Shown: one piece after another, positions 17,707 through 30,178 of the stretch | How positions within the stretch are numbered: the first letter of the stretch is position 1 | Layout of the letters: each line of letters begins with the position of its first letter | Assembly: GCA_044892505.1 (NCBI GenBank) | Contig: CM097882.1 | Coordinates: 547,584,001 to 547,648,000, forward strand | Reading direction: 5' to 3' | Source of the DNA: Schmidtea nova | Lineage: Eukaryota | DNA: 64,000 nt | Notes under the pieces: generated by a model | Databases searched by the model: none | Told to the model about the DNA's origin: nothing | What the model saw: the letters and a program-made list of their open reading frames with translations, nothing else | Position numbers and translations under genes: made by a program

Positions 17707-18754
17707 TGTTGAGGATACCTAAATTCAAAATAATATAATAAATAAACAAAATTACTTAGGGGAATTACTTGAGGATACCTAAATTCAAAATAATATAATA
17801 AATAAACAAAATTACTTGGGGGAAAATTGTCATGGGGAATGACACGATGGATTGGAGCCTGGGAAAGAAAACGGAAGTAAAAAGGAATGAGAAATGAGAA
17901 GGGGAAACAAAAGAAAAGAAATCAGACAAGCAAAACGAAATAGAGGTCAGCACTAATTAACTAGTGCAAATAGGAAGAAATTCTAAAGTTGGGAAAAACA
18001 AAAACAACAACAAGAATTTTATCTTGACAACCGGTCAGAGATAATGTGGGCAAAAAGCAAACAAGCCGAAGCGGCAAAAAGGAGAAAAACAGAGATTATC
18101 TTGACAGCTGTCAAAGATAATTCCGTTGCTGAGAAAATGAATGGAAAATCATGTTGGAGAAATGTAACAACAGCTGATAATTTCAAGTGCTACAAAGTGA
18201 AGAAGTATAAAAGGAGGAAGCACCTAAAAACAAACATAACATTGTATACAGAAGTGGTTAGAGAAAATATTTGAGAGAAAGCGTTTGAGAAAATAAAGCT
18301 AGTAAAATTCATTAAAAAGGAAGCAGAAAAACGTCCAGAGAAAGTTAAAGAAGAGTCAAAAGGAGAATCCAATAATTGAAACCAGAAACTAAGGGATAAG
18401 CAGCAGGAGCTTATTCAAGCGTTTGAGAAAATAAAGCTAGTAAAATTCAGAGAGTAAATCCAAGTCAAATAAAGAAAACAACCAGTCAAATTACCAATTG
18501 TTATACTCCCCAGCAGTGAGTGATTTCGAACATCGATTATACACTAGTGCTATTCTTCACTATAGTGTCGTAATAAGCACTGTATAATCAGCTGTAGTTT
18601 GAATTTGGTCAGTTCATTGTAAATCGAAGTTATTTGTGATAATCAATAAAATTTCCTGTTGTCAGTTGTTATTGTGGGTCAATAAAGAGCACGTTTTGGA
18701 GTCAGGGTAATAATTTGTTAATTATAAAGTCACCAACGACCCAATAACCCAACA
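17707..18754 (+). repeat. LTR2 (1048 bp, shared by copies 1 and 2)
   Basis: PPT upstream and PBS downstream; 60-bp duplication at the 5' end; private C>T at 18237. Confidence 0.93.
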
Positions 18755-19036
18755 TTATTTGGTGAGCCCGACGTGATCAAACGTTGGTGAGGAGCGATTG
18801 AAAAAGTAATTGGGATATATCCGGCGAAATAAAGTGGTGAAGAATTATTGAAATAAAATTTATTGAAGAGATAGTGAAAATAATTGTGAGGAAAAGAAAA
18901 TACTAAACAAAATTGTGAAAAGGTAAATTATTAATTGTTGTAATAAATTTGAATTTAGATTTTGCGAAACTTGAGAAAATAATTTATTAAAGTGAGTCGA
19001 TATAATTTACGAAGCAAAAGTAAAAAGGAACCCATA

Positions 19037-22000
19037 ATGAGTAGTGAAGATTTGCCAGTATCAGTTATTAAAGAAAATAATGATTTTGCAAGTTGTCAAA
19101 GATTACCTGTGGAACAATATGGAGGAGATCCGGTTATTTTTGTAGATTTTATGAGTGATTACTACATGTATGCAACGGCGTACGGATGGTCTCAAGCGAT
19201 TATGATTCAGAGATTACCTTTATATCTTAAAGGAGCAGCTAGAGAGGTTTGGCAACAGATTGATAAAAAATTAATTGGTAATGATTGGGCAAAGTTGAAA
19301 GATGCGTTAGCTGCAAAACTTATCGGAGGAGATATCAAAAGATTAATGCGTCAAAAGTTTTATAGTAGAGTTCAAAATCCAAATGAAACAGTGAGCGAAT
19401 TTGCGTATCATTTGTCAACCCTCGCAAGTAAATCATTTGAAGAAGACTCAAAACAACCAGGCCTAGCCCAACAAATGCAAGAATTAATCCAAGACCAATT
19501 TTTGTCAGGAATAAACAAAGAAATAAAAACCGCATTATGCTGTGTAGATTATGATAATTTTGATGAACTAGTAAAAAAGGCAATGAAAATCGAATTGAAT
19601 TTGAAGAGCACCAAAAACAAATCTGATGTGTTCGCGATTATTCCAGCTCAAAGGGAAAGATCAATTACACCAACCCAAAACAATTGGGAGCCAGAAAATA
19701 GATTCCAGCGATCAAAAAGTCCATCACCCAAATGGAGAACCGAGTTAAATATAAATAGACCAAGCCGTAATTTCCAAGGCGCTGAGAGATCCAGAGTGAT
19801 CCAGTGTGAAAATTGCAAGAAGATTGGCCATTATGCAAACCAGTGTTGGTTCAAAAATAATTCCGATAGTACACCCAGAAGAATAACCCAAGATTATCGT
19901 ACAAACGATAGGGGAACCAATTTTCGGAGAACAGTTCCTGATATAAAATCCAATGTTAATGAAGTGCAATGTTATCGCTGCGGTAGAAAAGGACATGTTT
20001 CCAGAAATTGTTTTTCAAGATCAAGATCACCCTCAACTTCACCTTCACCACAGAGAGACAATGTAAATTTGAACGGACAAATTCAATGCCATTTGTGTAG
20101 AAATTATGGACATATTGCAAGATCCTGTCCAAGAAATACGAATAAATTTCAAAGGCCAATATTAAAGCGAACAATAAGATTTCAAGATGAAAATCCATCG
20201 AATGATAATATAGCCTATGTTCAGCAAGATGGTTTTAGAGAAAAGATCGAAAGCGATGTTAAACAATTGAACCAAAAACTGAATAAATTGATAGCCAAAT
20301 TTGAATCGGATGAAGAAACAGATACCCACATGATGACGAGGAAAGAGTTGAGCGAAAGCGAGTCAGAATCAGATAAAGTACAAATCAATAAAGCTAAAGC
20401 CGACATACAAAGTGAAAGGAGCACTGTATTTATTGCCAAAATCAGAAAGTTAGTTGCGGAACCAGACGTAAATTCCCAGAAAATAACAGAATTATTTACG
20501 AGGCTAACTAAAATACCTTTAAGTCTGACAAAAATTAAAACTGTTATTAAACTTTGTGCAGAATGTTATGCAGCAAGTGTGGAAAAACGAGATGTATTCA
20601 AAGATTTTATGAGAATATTTGGGCAATATCTACGGAAAAATAAATGGTTAGATCCTATATTTATCCAAATGAATGCTCCAGATGGTACAAAATCCAACTA
20701 TAAAATCGATGCATACGAGAAAGTACGCGAGCTAAAAAGAGAAGTAATGCACAAGTGTGAAAGTTGGGCGGTGGAACTCAAATTTATGGATCAAGTATTA
20801 GAGGATGGCGAATTCTTGGTAGATTATGGATTAATTCCTGGCGGTGAAAATGAAATGCAAATGACGAATATGATCGCCAAGGAAAAAACAGTAACAAATG
20901 ACTCTGACGAAATCAGATTTGAACTAATGGAAGCATTGCTTAAAGGAAACACAGGTGACATTATTGATAAATTAAACAATATTTTGAATTTAGAACTCAA
21001 AGTAGAAGACAAGTTAAAAATTCTAGACTGTGTTAGACCCTATATGAATGCGGAAAACGAATATGGTAAAACAATAAAAACTCTTATTCAAAAATTTGGT
21101 CAAGAATTCAGGGAAGAAGGGATTTATAATGAGCCATTCGTAGTACTGTTAAAAATAAATGGTCAAGGAGTAGAATATACGGATGAACATTGGTATACGA
21201 AAGTGAATAAAATTCGTCGAAGAACAGCAGAAATCATGGGCAATGATGGAATAATTGTGCTAACGTATAAAGGTTTTGAGCTAGACGATGATGAATACTT
21301 ATTTGATTGTGGATGTATGCCACGAAAGCGTAACGAAGATAGATTTCTTACGGATCAAAATTTTATTAATGATATAATTGCAGTGAAACAAGTGGATACA
21401 GATGAAGTAGAAAAAGGTTATAAAATTGAATTACCAGAGTTCGGCAGTGAAACAATGGATAATGAGGATGAAATATCAGAGGAACAAGAAATGACAGAAC
21501 ATGGAGAGGAACAGGAAACTGAGCAGAGAATTGAGGAAAGTATAATAAAAACGGAAGTTAAAAATGAAGCGTATATGACAGAAATGGAGATTGATAATAT
21601 TACGGAGGAAAGACAACGCAAAGATTTATACGAGGTGAGATGTGAAATAATACAGAGACTCCAAGGTGAGAGAGGTCAGAAGGAATTAAAAGAGACTGAA
21701 AAGGTTGTACGTGCGCTGGCAAATGAATTATATGGCGAAGCAGCAGAGAAAACACAAGTAGAATTATATGTGAGAAAAATTGCAAAAAAGTTGAAAAAGA
21801 GACTTTATGTGGTCTTGAGATATGTAAAAGACAACAAGGAATTCTGTGATGATGGAGTGATAACCAATATGATGACAGGAGAAATGGATAGAGATTTAGT
21901 ATTGACAATTACGAGTTATATTTTGTTAGAAATCGGGACACACGATTATTTAAATATGGAAAAACGAGATGAAGTAATCAAAAAGGCGAGCAAAGTATTG

Positions 22001-25000
22001 TATAAGCATGTGGGCAAATGGATAAAGGAAATTGGAGGCTGGGAGAAATTAGTTAAACAAAAAACAGAATCATCAGTCGAAAAGAGAGAAAGTTACGAAG
22101 GAATACCGAGAGGTAAACCTATGAAACTTCCATTTATAATGTTTATGATCATAATATTATGTGCGATTACGACGCAAACAACATCTTTAATTGCGTACGA
22201 TTGTTCTCAAACCAAAATGGGAAAGATTTATTCCATGGTGGACATGACAGAATGTTCTGATGCACACCCAATGAGTTTAACAGTTGAAAATGATGTAAAG
22301 TATCATGTATACCAAGAATCAGGCTTTAGACATGCGGTAGTAAGAGAGTGCATTGTAAAGAGAACGAGCTTTGTGTTTTATTGTGGCAAATGGAGTCACA
22401 CATCACTAATTAAAATGTATTCAATCCCAAGGCCAGTTGATGTAAACCCAGAAAATTGCATGGCTGCGTTTCAAACAGGGGAAGTGAAAATTAGCCCCGA
22501 GGTTAAATTGAAAGCTAAATTAAATCATGCTATACGAGAAACAATTATCGAAAAAGGAACAATAAAGGCTAATGGGGATTGTAAAGGAGAACCGTACAAA
22601 ATGAATGGAGAAATTATTGATCAAATTGTTGTGATGGAAGAGTATTTGACGGAATTGAGAGAATTCCAAGGAGCTTTTGATGACGACACAGGCAAGTTAC
22701 AAACGCATCCATTCTGCAATATGAAGCAGGCTAGCTGTCAAACAGGAGAATCAATTTTGGTGTACGAAGTTAAGACAAATCTATGTAATTTAATACATTT
22801 GAAAACAATGAGTTTTAATGAAATGAGTGGAGAACAGTTGAGAGAAAGACCGGAAAATTTGAATGTGGAGGCAAAACCGGACATGACAATCAGAATTACC
22901 CCATTGAGAACCAGAAAAACTCCAGTTGTTTTGATGTCAACTTTATTAGATGACGGTATGAGATTTATTCGAAAAAATGTGGTAAATAAATGTGGTCAAA
23001 CGGTGTATGAGACCAATTATAAAGGAATTTATGTATCCAAGAAAAGAGTCGAGGAAGCTCAAGTCCAAATACATAGTACGGATATCAAATTGACAAATTA
23101 TTTTAATAACAAAATAGACTATTTGTTCCACTACAGTCAAAGTATTATGGAAAATATTTATAGAGAAATGATATTAAACGATTGTAAGTTGAATAAAGAA
23201 ATACTACGGAACAGAATGGCGATGGCAGTCACAAATCCAAACTTGGTAGCACCTATGTTAATATCAGAAAACGGTGTGTTTGCAAGAGTATTTGGAGAAG
23301 CATTGTATAGCTATAAATGCAACGAGATTCCCGTGCAAATTATAAAGTACGAGCAATGTACCAATGAATTGCCAGTAAGTGTTAATGGTAAATTGAGATT
23401 CATGGAGCCAATAACTCGAATATTGTTGGAAGAAGACGCGAAACCTAAACTTTTAAAATGTAACCGATTGCTCGCACCATTATATCGACTAACATCAGAT
23501 TCGTGGATATCATTACCAGATCATAAAGGAGTAAGAAATCCAGAAAAATTAGAATTAACAAAACTTGAATATTTAATAAATTTTACATCATTGGACAAAT
23601 TAGCACAAACTGGGTTGTATTCTCAAGAAGATGTTGAAGAAGCCCGAAGAAATCTACTATTTCCATCAAAGAAAGAACGAGTCATTACTGAAATGATTGA
23701 TACTATATTACCAAGTGGTGAAGGCAAAGTAAATTATGATTATTTACTAACACCAGATCATTATAAGAAAGCAACGTACAATACGATGAAAAAGATATGG
23801 GGGAAATTCATGTTTTTGGGACAAGCATGTGCAGGATTAATTGGAATTTATGTTATGTTCGTGGTGATTAAAGTGATAATATCTCAAATACTAACTACTC
23901 ATCAGCTATATGTTATTTCGGGATGGTCCTGGAAACTGATTATCGGATGTATTCCATTTCTGGCAAGATTTGTAATTACAAAGCATCAATATAAAGAGAT
24001 GGGGAAAGTCAAGTCACGACTAAATAATGACGGAAGAGACATTGATTCGAGTTCGGACAGCGAGAGTGGGAATGGGGGTAAAGTAAAAGTACCTCCAATA
24101 TATTATTATAAAAACAGTAAAATTAAAATTAATGATATACGAGAAAAATCTAAATCTTTGAATTTATTACAATCGGTACCACAAACAAGTGAAACAGACA
24201 CATTCAGTCGATTATGCATTCCAAAAACTTTTCTACCAACAGCACCAATATATCCAGTAGAGAAGTTAAAAGAAATGAGACCAGTTGAAAACATTGAATT
24301 GACAAATGAGCAAATCGCACCAACTAGTGCGGAAATTGAAAGGAGAAACATGCTGGGATTACCAGGAAATTATGCATTAATGACAATTGGAAACAAAGGA
24401 AGACAGCCAAGAATATGGATACAAGTGAATAAACATAGAGTCGAAGCATTAATAGATTCAGGCTCAAGCAATACAATATTATCAGATAAATTAATCAATT
24501 CAGGGGAAAGAGCACGAATGAAAAGCACAGAAGAAGTTGTACGATCAATGACGAAAAATAAATTAAATATCATTGGACAGATCAGAGTAAAACTCAATAT
24601 TGGAAATAAAGAAATTGTTCATAATGCGCTAATAATGAAAGATAGCCCAGTAATGTGTTTGGTAGGGATGGATGTGTTGGAGCAATTGGAAGGAGTCTCT
24701 CTTGATTTGAAAACCGGAAATCTAATTGTAGGAAAAACAGGAAAAGTTATTCATGAAACGGGAGATGTGTTTCTAAATCAAACGTTAAGAGTACCACCTC
24801 AGAGTGAAGTTATTTGTTATGTGAATACAATGGGAGTTCCAGACGATGAATTTATATTTCAACCAAGTGAGAATTTAATTGCCAAATATGATACTCCAAT
24901 ATGCGACGAAGTAGTAAAGTTCAAGATCAATTAATTCCTGTTCGCATCACTAACAATAGCGACAAAGAAGTGTCATTTAAACCAAAAACGAAATTAGGAA

Positions 25001-28000
25001 AGCTAACAAAAATCCTAAAAATCAATAATAAAAGATTACCAAAAAATATTAAAATATACAAAGAACCCCAAGTTGACAGTGCAGAGTTGACGCAAGAGCA
25101 AACACAAACATTTACAAAATTGTTGAGAAAATATCAAGATATTTTTGCGAAACATGAGTATGATTTGGGAGTAACTCATATAATTGAACATGAAATTCCA
25201 TTAATTGATGAAACTCCAATTAAATTACGACCATACAGAATTCCGTATGCGCATCAAGACGAAAGCGATAGACAAATAAAGGCTATGAAAGAATTCCATA
25301 TTATTAGAGACAGTTTTTCACCATTTTCTTCCTCTATTGTTGTAGTCAAAAAGAAAGACGGTGAACTGAGATTTTGTATTGACTATCGAAAACTGAATCA
25401 AGTGACAAGAAAGGATACGTATCCCATTCCGGTTCCTCAGGAAATGTTTGACAAAATGGGAGAAGCTCAATATTTTACTGTTATTGATTTAAACAAAGGC
25501 TACAATCAATTCAAAGTTAAAGAGACAGATAAAGGGAAAACAGCGTTTTCAGATGGAAAAGGTTTGTATGAATTTAATGTTTTACCATTTGGTTTAACAG
25601 GTGCACCAGCGACATTTCAAAGAGGAATGAATTTTGTGCTGCGAGACATTCCACACGCCTTGGTATATATTGATGATATTATAATCTTCTCAGGTAATTT
25701 CGAAGAGCACATGAGAGATGTGGAAACAGTATTTAAACGGCTCAGAGAAGCAAATCTCAAAATTAAACCATCAAAATGTGAATGGGGAAAGTCAGAGGTA
25801 GTGTATGTTGGACATATTATTTCACGAAAAGGTCTACAACCAAATCCAGAAAATGTTAAGAAAATTAAAGATTATCCAACTCCAAAAAATGTTGATGATA
25901 TTAGACAATTTCTCGGGTTAGCAAGCTATTATAGAAAATTTATTAGAAACTTTGCACATGTTGCTCAACCATTAACGATGCTATTAAAGAAAACCACAAA
26001 ATTCGTGTGGGGCAAAGCTCAGCAGGATATTTTCGAAATACTCAAACAAAAGTTAATGATGAATCCAATATTACGATGTCCTGATTTCACAAAGACATTT
26101 ATGTTAATGACGGACGCAAGCGGTTTTGCGTTGGGAGCGGTATTAGGACAAAAGGTTGAAGGAGAAAAAGATCATGTAATCGCATATGCTAGTCGATCAT
26201 TGAAACCACATGAAAAAAACTATTCAACAATCGAAAAAGAAACTCTTGCTCTAGTATATGGCATAACAACATTTCGACAGTACTTAGTTGGCCGAAAATT
26301 CATTGTCTATACAGACCATAATCCATTACAATGGTTAATGAAGCATCGAGATGCAGCAAGTAAATTAATTAGGTGGTCGTTAGCCTTGCAAGAATATGAC
26401 TTTGAAATCAAATATCGAACAGGAAAATCAAATGCTAATGCTGATACCTTGTCTAGAATTCCAAATGAGGAAATTAATAATAACCAGGAAGAAATAAATT
26501 TAAGAGATACTGTATTTGCAGTAGTTAAAGCAGCAAATAATATGGCAGAGCTACAGAGAGATCAAGAAATGGATGAGGAGCTGAAACAAATAATAAAACA
26601 TACAGTAATAATGAAAAAAGATAAAGAATTGAAACAATTAATCGAGGAAAAACATAAATATGTTATTCACAGAGGTATATTAAAATATATTAAAAATGAT
26701 GAATTGTTAATAGTGGTTCCAATAATACATCGAAATACGTTATTATTACAGTACCATGACGGGGCATTGGGAGGACATTTGTCAGCAAGAAAAACACTGT
26801 CGCGAATAAAACTAAAATATTTCTGGAATACAATGGAGCAGGATGTAAAGCAATGGTGCAACACTTGCAAAATATGCCTGACTCGAAGAAATACTGGAAA
26901 GAAAATAAAGGTTCCTCTAAACCCAATGCCAATACCAGCAGCGCCAATGGAATTTTCAGCAATGGATATCATCGGGCCTTTACCCGAGACAACGAATGGA
27001 AATAAATACATTTTGGTATTCTGTGATTATTTAACCAAATGGCCAGAAGCGTTTGCTATGCCAAACCAAAAGGCAGAAACTGTTGCACAAATATTTGTTG
27101 AAGAAATCATATTTAGATATGGAGTTCCAAAGAAATTGCTAACAGATCAAGGGACAAACTTTCAGAGTGATCTGTTTAAATCTATTACAGAATTATTTGG
27201 TATATATAAATTGAGCACATCACCATATCATCCACAAACAGATGGGTTAGTGGAAAGATTTAATGGTACATTAATTAATATGATCTCATCCTATGTGAAT
27301 CGAAAGCAAAAAGACTGGGATCTGTTCATTAGACCATGCTTATATGCCTATCGAAATTCAGTAAATGAGAGTACGGGAGAAACGCCCTTTTATCTTATGT
27401 ACCTAAGACGAAATAATATGCCGATCGATTTAGAGTTCCAATCACCAACTTCCCAATATTTAGAGATTCCAAATTATAAAGTTGCTCTGCAAGAACGTTT
27501 ACAATCCGCTTGGACTCAAGCCGGATTAAAAATAAAATATCGACAGGAGCAATATAAAGAAAGTTACGATAAAAAAGCGCATGCGCACGGAATGAAAATT
27601 GGCGACCTAGTGTATCTAAATAAGCCAGAGCCAACAAAGGGACTCTCAACAAAATTACAAAGACCATTCAAAGGTCCGTATACAGTCTGTGATGCGACTG
27701 CAACAAATCTAAAATTGCGACCAATTAATAACAAAAAAGCAGAAACAATTGTAGTTCATGCCAATAGATGTAAGAAAGTGCCTGAACTGGAACATCAGCT
27801 ACAAAATAAACAAAAGAAAACAAATGATGAAATAGAAATCCGGCAAAAGTTCCAGAAAAATCCAACTCCATTGAGTTATATGAATAAAGTTTTATTCATA
27901 ACGACAGTTTTAATAAATATGGTAACGAACACAGTTGGAATAAAAATGGATATACCAGATGCGGTCAATAAATTACCATCTTTAGAGAAAATAGACGTAT

Positions 28001-28680
28001 ACTTAACGAAAGTAGTTCTCACTCTTAATCTGTCAATGAACAATTACAAAAAACCACTTCGTAATAAAGGAATTTATACAAACAATCAATTGTTTGAAAG
28101 AAATGTTCAAATTGAGATGATATACTGGAATAAAACGAATCAAGTTCAAATTGAAAATTGTGATACTACAATAATTGTTGCATATAAAGCTCAGGTCGAG
28201 GGAAAAGTAACTATTATTATAAATAATAAAATTAAGGTGGTATTGAATGAACACCGAAACAGAGCGAGAGTCAGTACTCAGAACTCAGGAACCGAATCAC
28301 AAACAAGCAAACTCCTTATAGAAAACCAATGCTGCAAAGGGAAAACCAATCCAGACCGATGGCAAACTATTTGCATTAAAGACAGACAGATTTATTTCGT
28401 TCTCGATCAACCCTCTAAAGAAACCCTTGATCACAATCTGACTCTACCATTAACTCTTTCATGTATAAAAATCGAAAACTTTTCATTAAACTATAAAGAA
28501 AATTCATTCACTAACAATTGTGTTGATATGTTCTCTGTATGTATCATAAGGGCAAGACAAAGAGTGATCTTGCTCGTTTGCTTTATCCTCATTTCACGAA
28601 CTGACAAAAGAAACAATTCTAATTGTGATTTTCAATATTCTGAGCCGCAGATATCAATGTGGTTGGAATCAAGGGTGTAG
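19037..28680 (+). pseudogene. Copy 2 polyprotein, split by a 1-bp deletion between PR and RT (ORFs 18992-24934 and 24901-28680)
   Basis: GTAGTGAAAGTT in copy 1 versus GTAGTAAAGTT at ~24916; also R>Q at 27803. Confidence 0.85.
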
Positions 28681-28957
28681 TAAGCTACTATTTTGCATGT
28701 AATGACAATATACAGTATTATTTCCCTTATATTTCCTTAGTTAATGATTCTTTAATAGTCAATTGATAATCTTTTGTTGTAAAATATGTTGTTAAAATTT
28801 AAATTATATTGATGTAATTTGATTGGTCGAATAATCACACTGTAGGGGGAGAGAATTTTTGGATATAAAGATGGCGGTTGTTTTCAGAGTTTGACTTGGA
28901 AAATCTTTGGAAAAAAAAAAAAAAAAAAAAAAGATCAAAATTAAATCTAAAGGAAGA

Positions 28958-30178
28958 ATGGAAAAAATCAACAGACCAGCAAGATTATACGGGAAATATT
29001 ATCAAGAAAGAAGAAGCTATACAGACAAAGTTATCGTAATAGAAGAAAATTTGAAAATTCCTAATTGGGTAAGGTTAGGGAATGAAGAAATGAGAATATG
29101 TATGGTGGAATTGGAATGGAAATCCAATACGAAATTTTCAGAAGTGTTAATAAGAAGAAACGAAGAGACATGGGAGGTTCATGTTTTTAAAGGAAGAGTA
29201 GAAATTTTAGAGAATGATGCAACGGTTCTACAAACATTGGAAACTAATTCATCATGGAAGATATCAAAAGAAATATGGCATAAGAAGATGCGAGCAGCCA
29301 ATGGAACGGCTTGCATTGTTTTAGAATGCCGAGGACCAGCTCCAACAATCCCGGCATTAGAACAAATTATGACCAATGAAGAAGAAAATAGGTTACTCCC
29401 GATAACCGAAGAAATGTTAAAGCACCGAAAATCATTTTTGAGAAAACAAATGACAAAAGAAGAAATTAGAAAAAATATTATGTTCATGGACGCGGAATAT
29501 GGCGTAAGTGAGCAAAACAAGATGGTTCCGCTGTCTATTTGTTTAATAAACTATGACGGAAGAATATTGTATAACTCATTAATAACCCCCAGAGAAAAGC
29601 TAAAAAATTACGTTACCCAAATTCACGGCATCACAGAGAAGATGTCAAGAAATCAAGATGATCAATACAAGAGTCAGAGGAAAATTCAGCAATTAACGGC
29701 AAGGAAAATCTTGATTGGACATGATCTCCAAAGCGAACTATTGTACAGTGGAGTACAGACAAGGGATCTATGGGGTATTCGCGATTTGGCGGCAGCTCGA
29801 GCATTGACAAAAAGAAGAGTCACAAGGAACGGGCAATGGTATAAATTGTCAATAGTAGCCGAAGAAATATGTGGCATCAGAATGCAAAAAGGGAATCATA
29901 CGGCATTAGAAGACACTGATGCAATTAGAAGAATTTATTTGGCCATAGAAAATGAATGGCAGGATGATGTAGAGTGTGCTGAAACAACCAGCAAAAGAAA
30001 ATATTCGTTAGAAGAGTATAGGAAAAGAAAGGCTCCAACAACCAGTGAGCAGATGGAGGAACCAAAAGAGAAGAGGAAAGCAGAAGTTCAGCAAATGGAA
30101 CAAGACATTCACATGGTGGAACACATGCATATTGCTCGTAAGAAAACTGCGAAAATGATGGTTGAGAAAAAAACTTGA
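28958..30178 (+). CDS. ORF2 copy 2 (cupin-like plus DEDDh exonuclease)
   Basis: Protein identical to copy 1. Confidence 0.85.
   Translation: MEKINRPARLYGKYYQERRSYTDKVIVIEENLKIPNWVRLGNEEMRICMVELEWKSNTKFSEVLIRRNEETWEVHVFKGRVEILENDATVLQTLETNSSWKISKEIWHKKMRAANGTACIVLECRGPAPTIPALEQIMTNEEENRLLPITEEMLKHRKSFLRKQMTKEEIRKNIMFMDAEYGVSEQNKMVPLSICLINYDGRILYNSLITPREKLKNYVTQIHGITEKMSRNQDDQYKSQRKIQQLTARKILIGHDLQSELLYSGVQTRDLWGIRDLAAARALTKRRVTRNGQWYKLSIVAEEICGIRMQKGNHTALEDTDAIRRIYLAIENEWQDDVECAETTSKRKYSLEEYRKRKAPTTSEQMEEPKEKRKAEVQQMEQDIHMVEHMHIARKKTAKMMVEKKT

Noticed and set aside
24901-24934. Programmed -1 frameshift between PR and RT in copies 2 and 3
   Set aside because: No X_XXY_YYZ slippery heptamer at the site, and copy 1 is in frame with one extra G, so a deletion is simpler.
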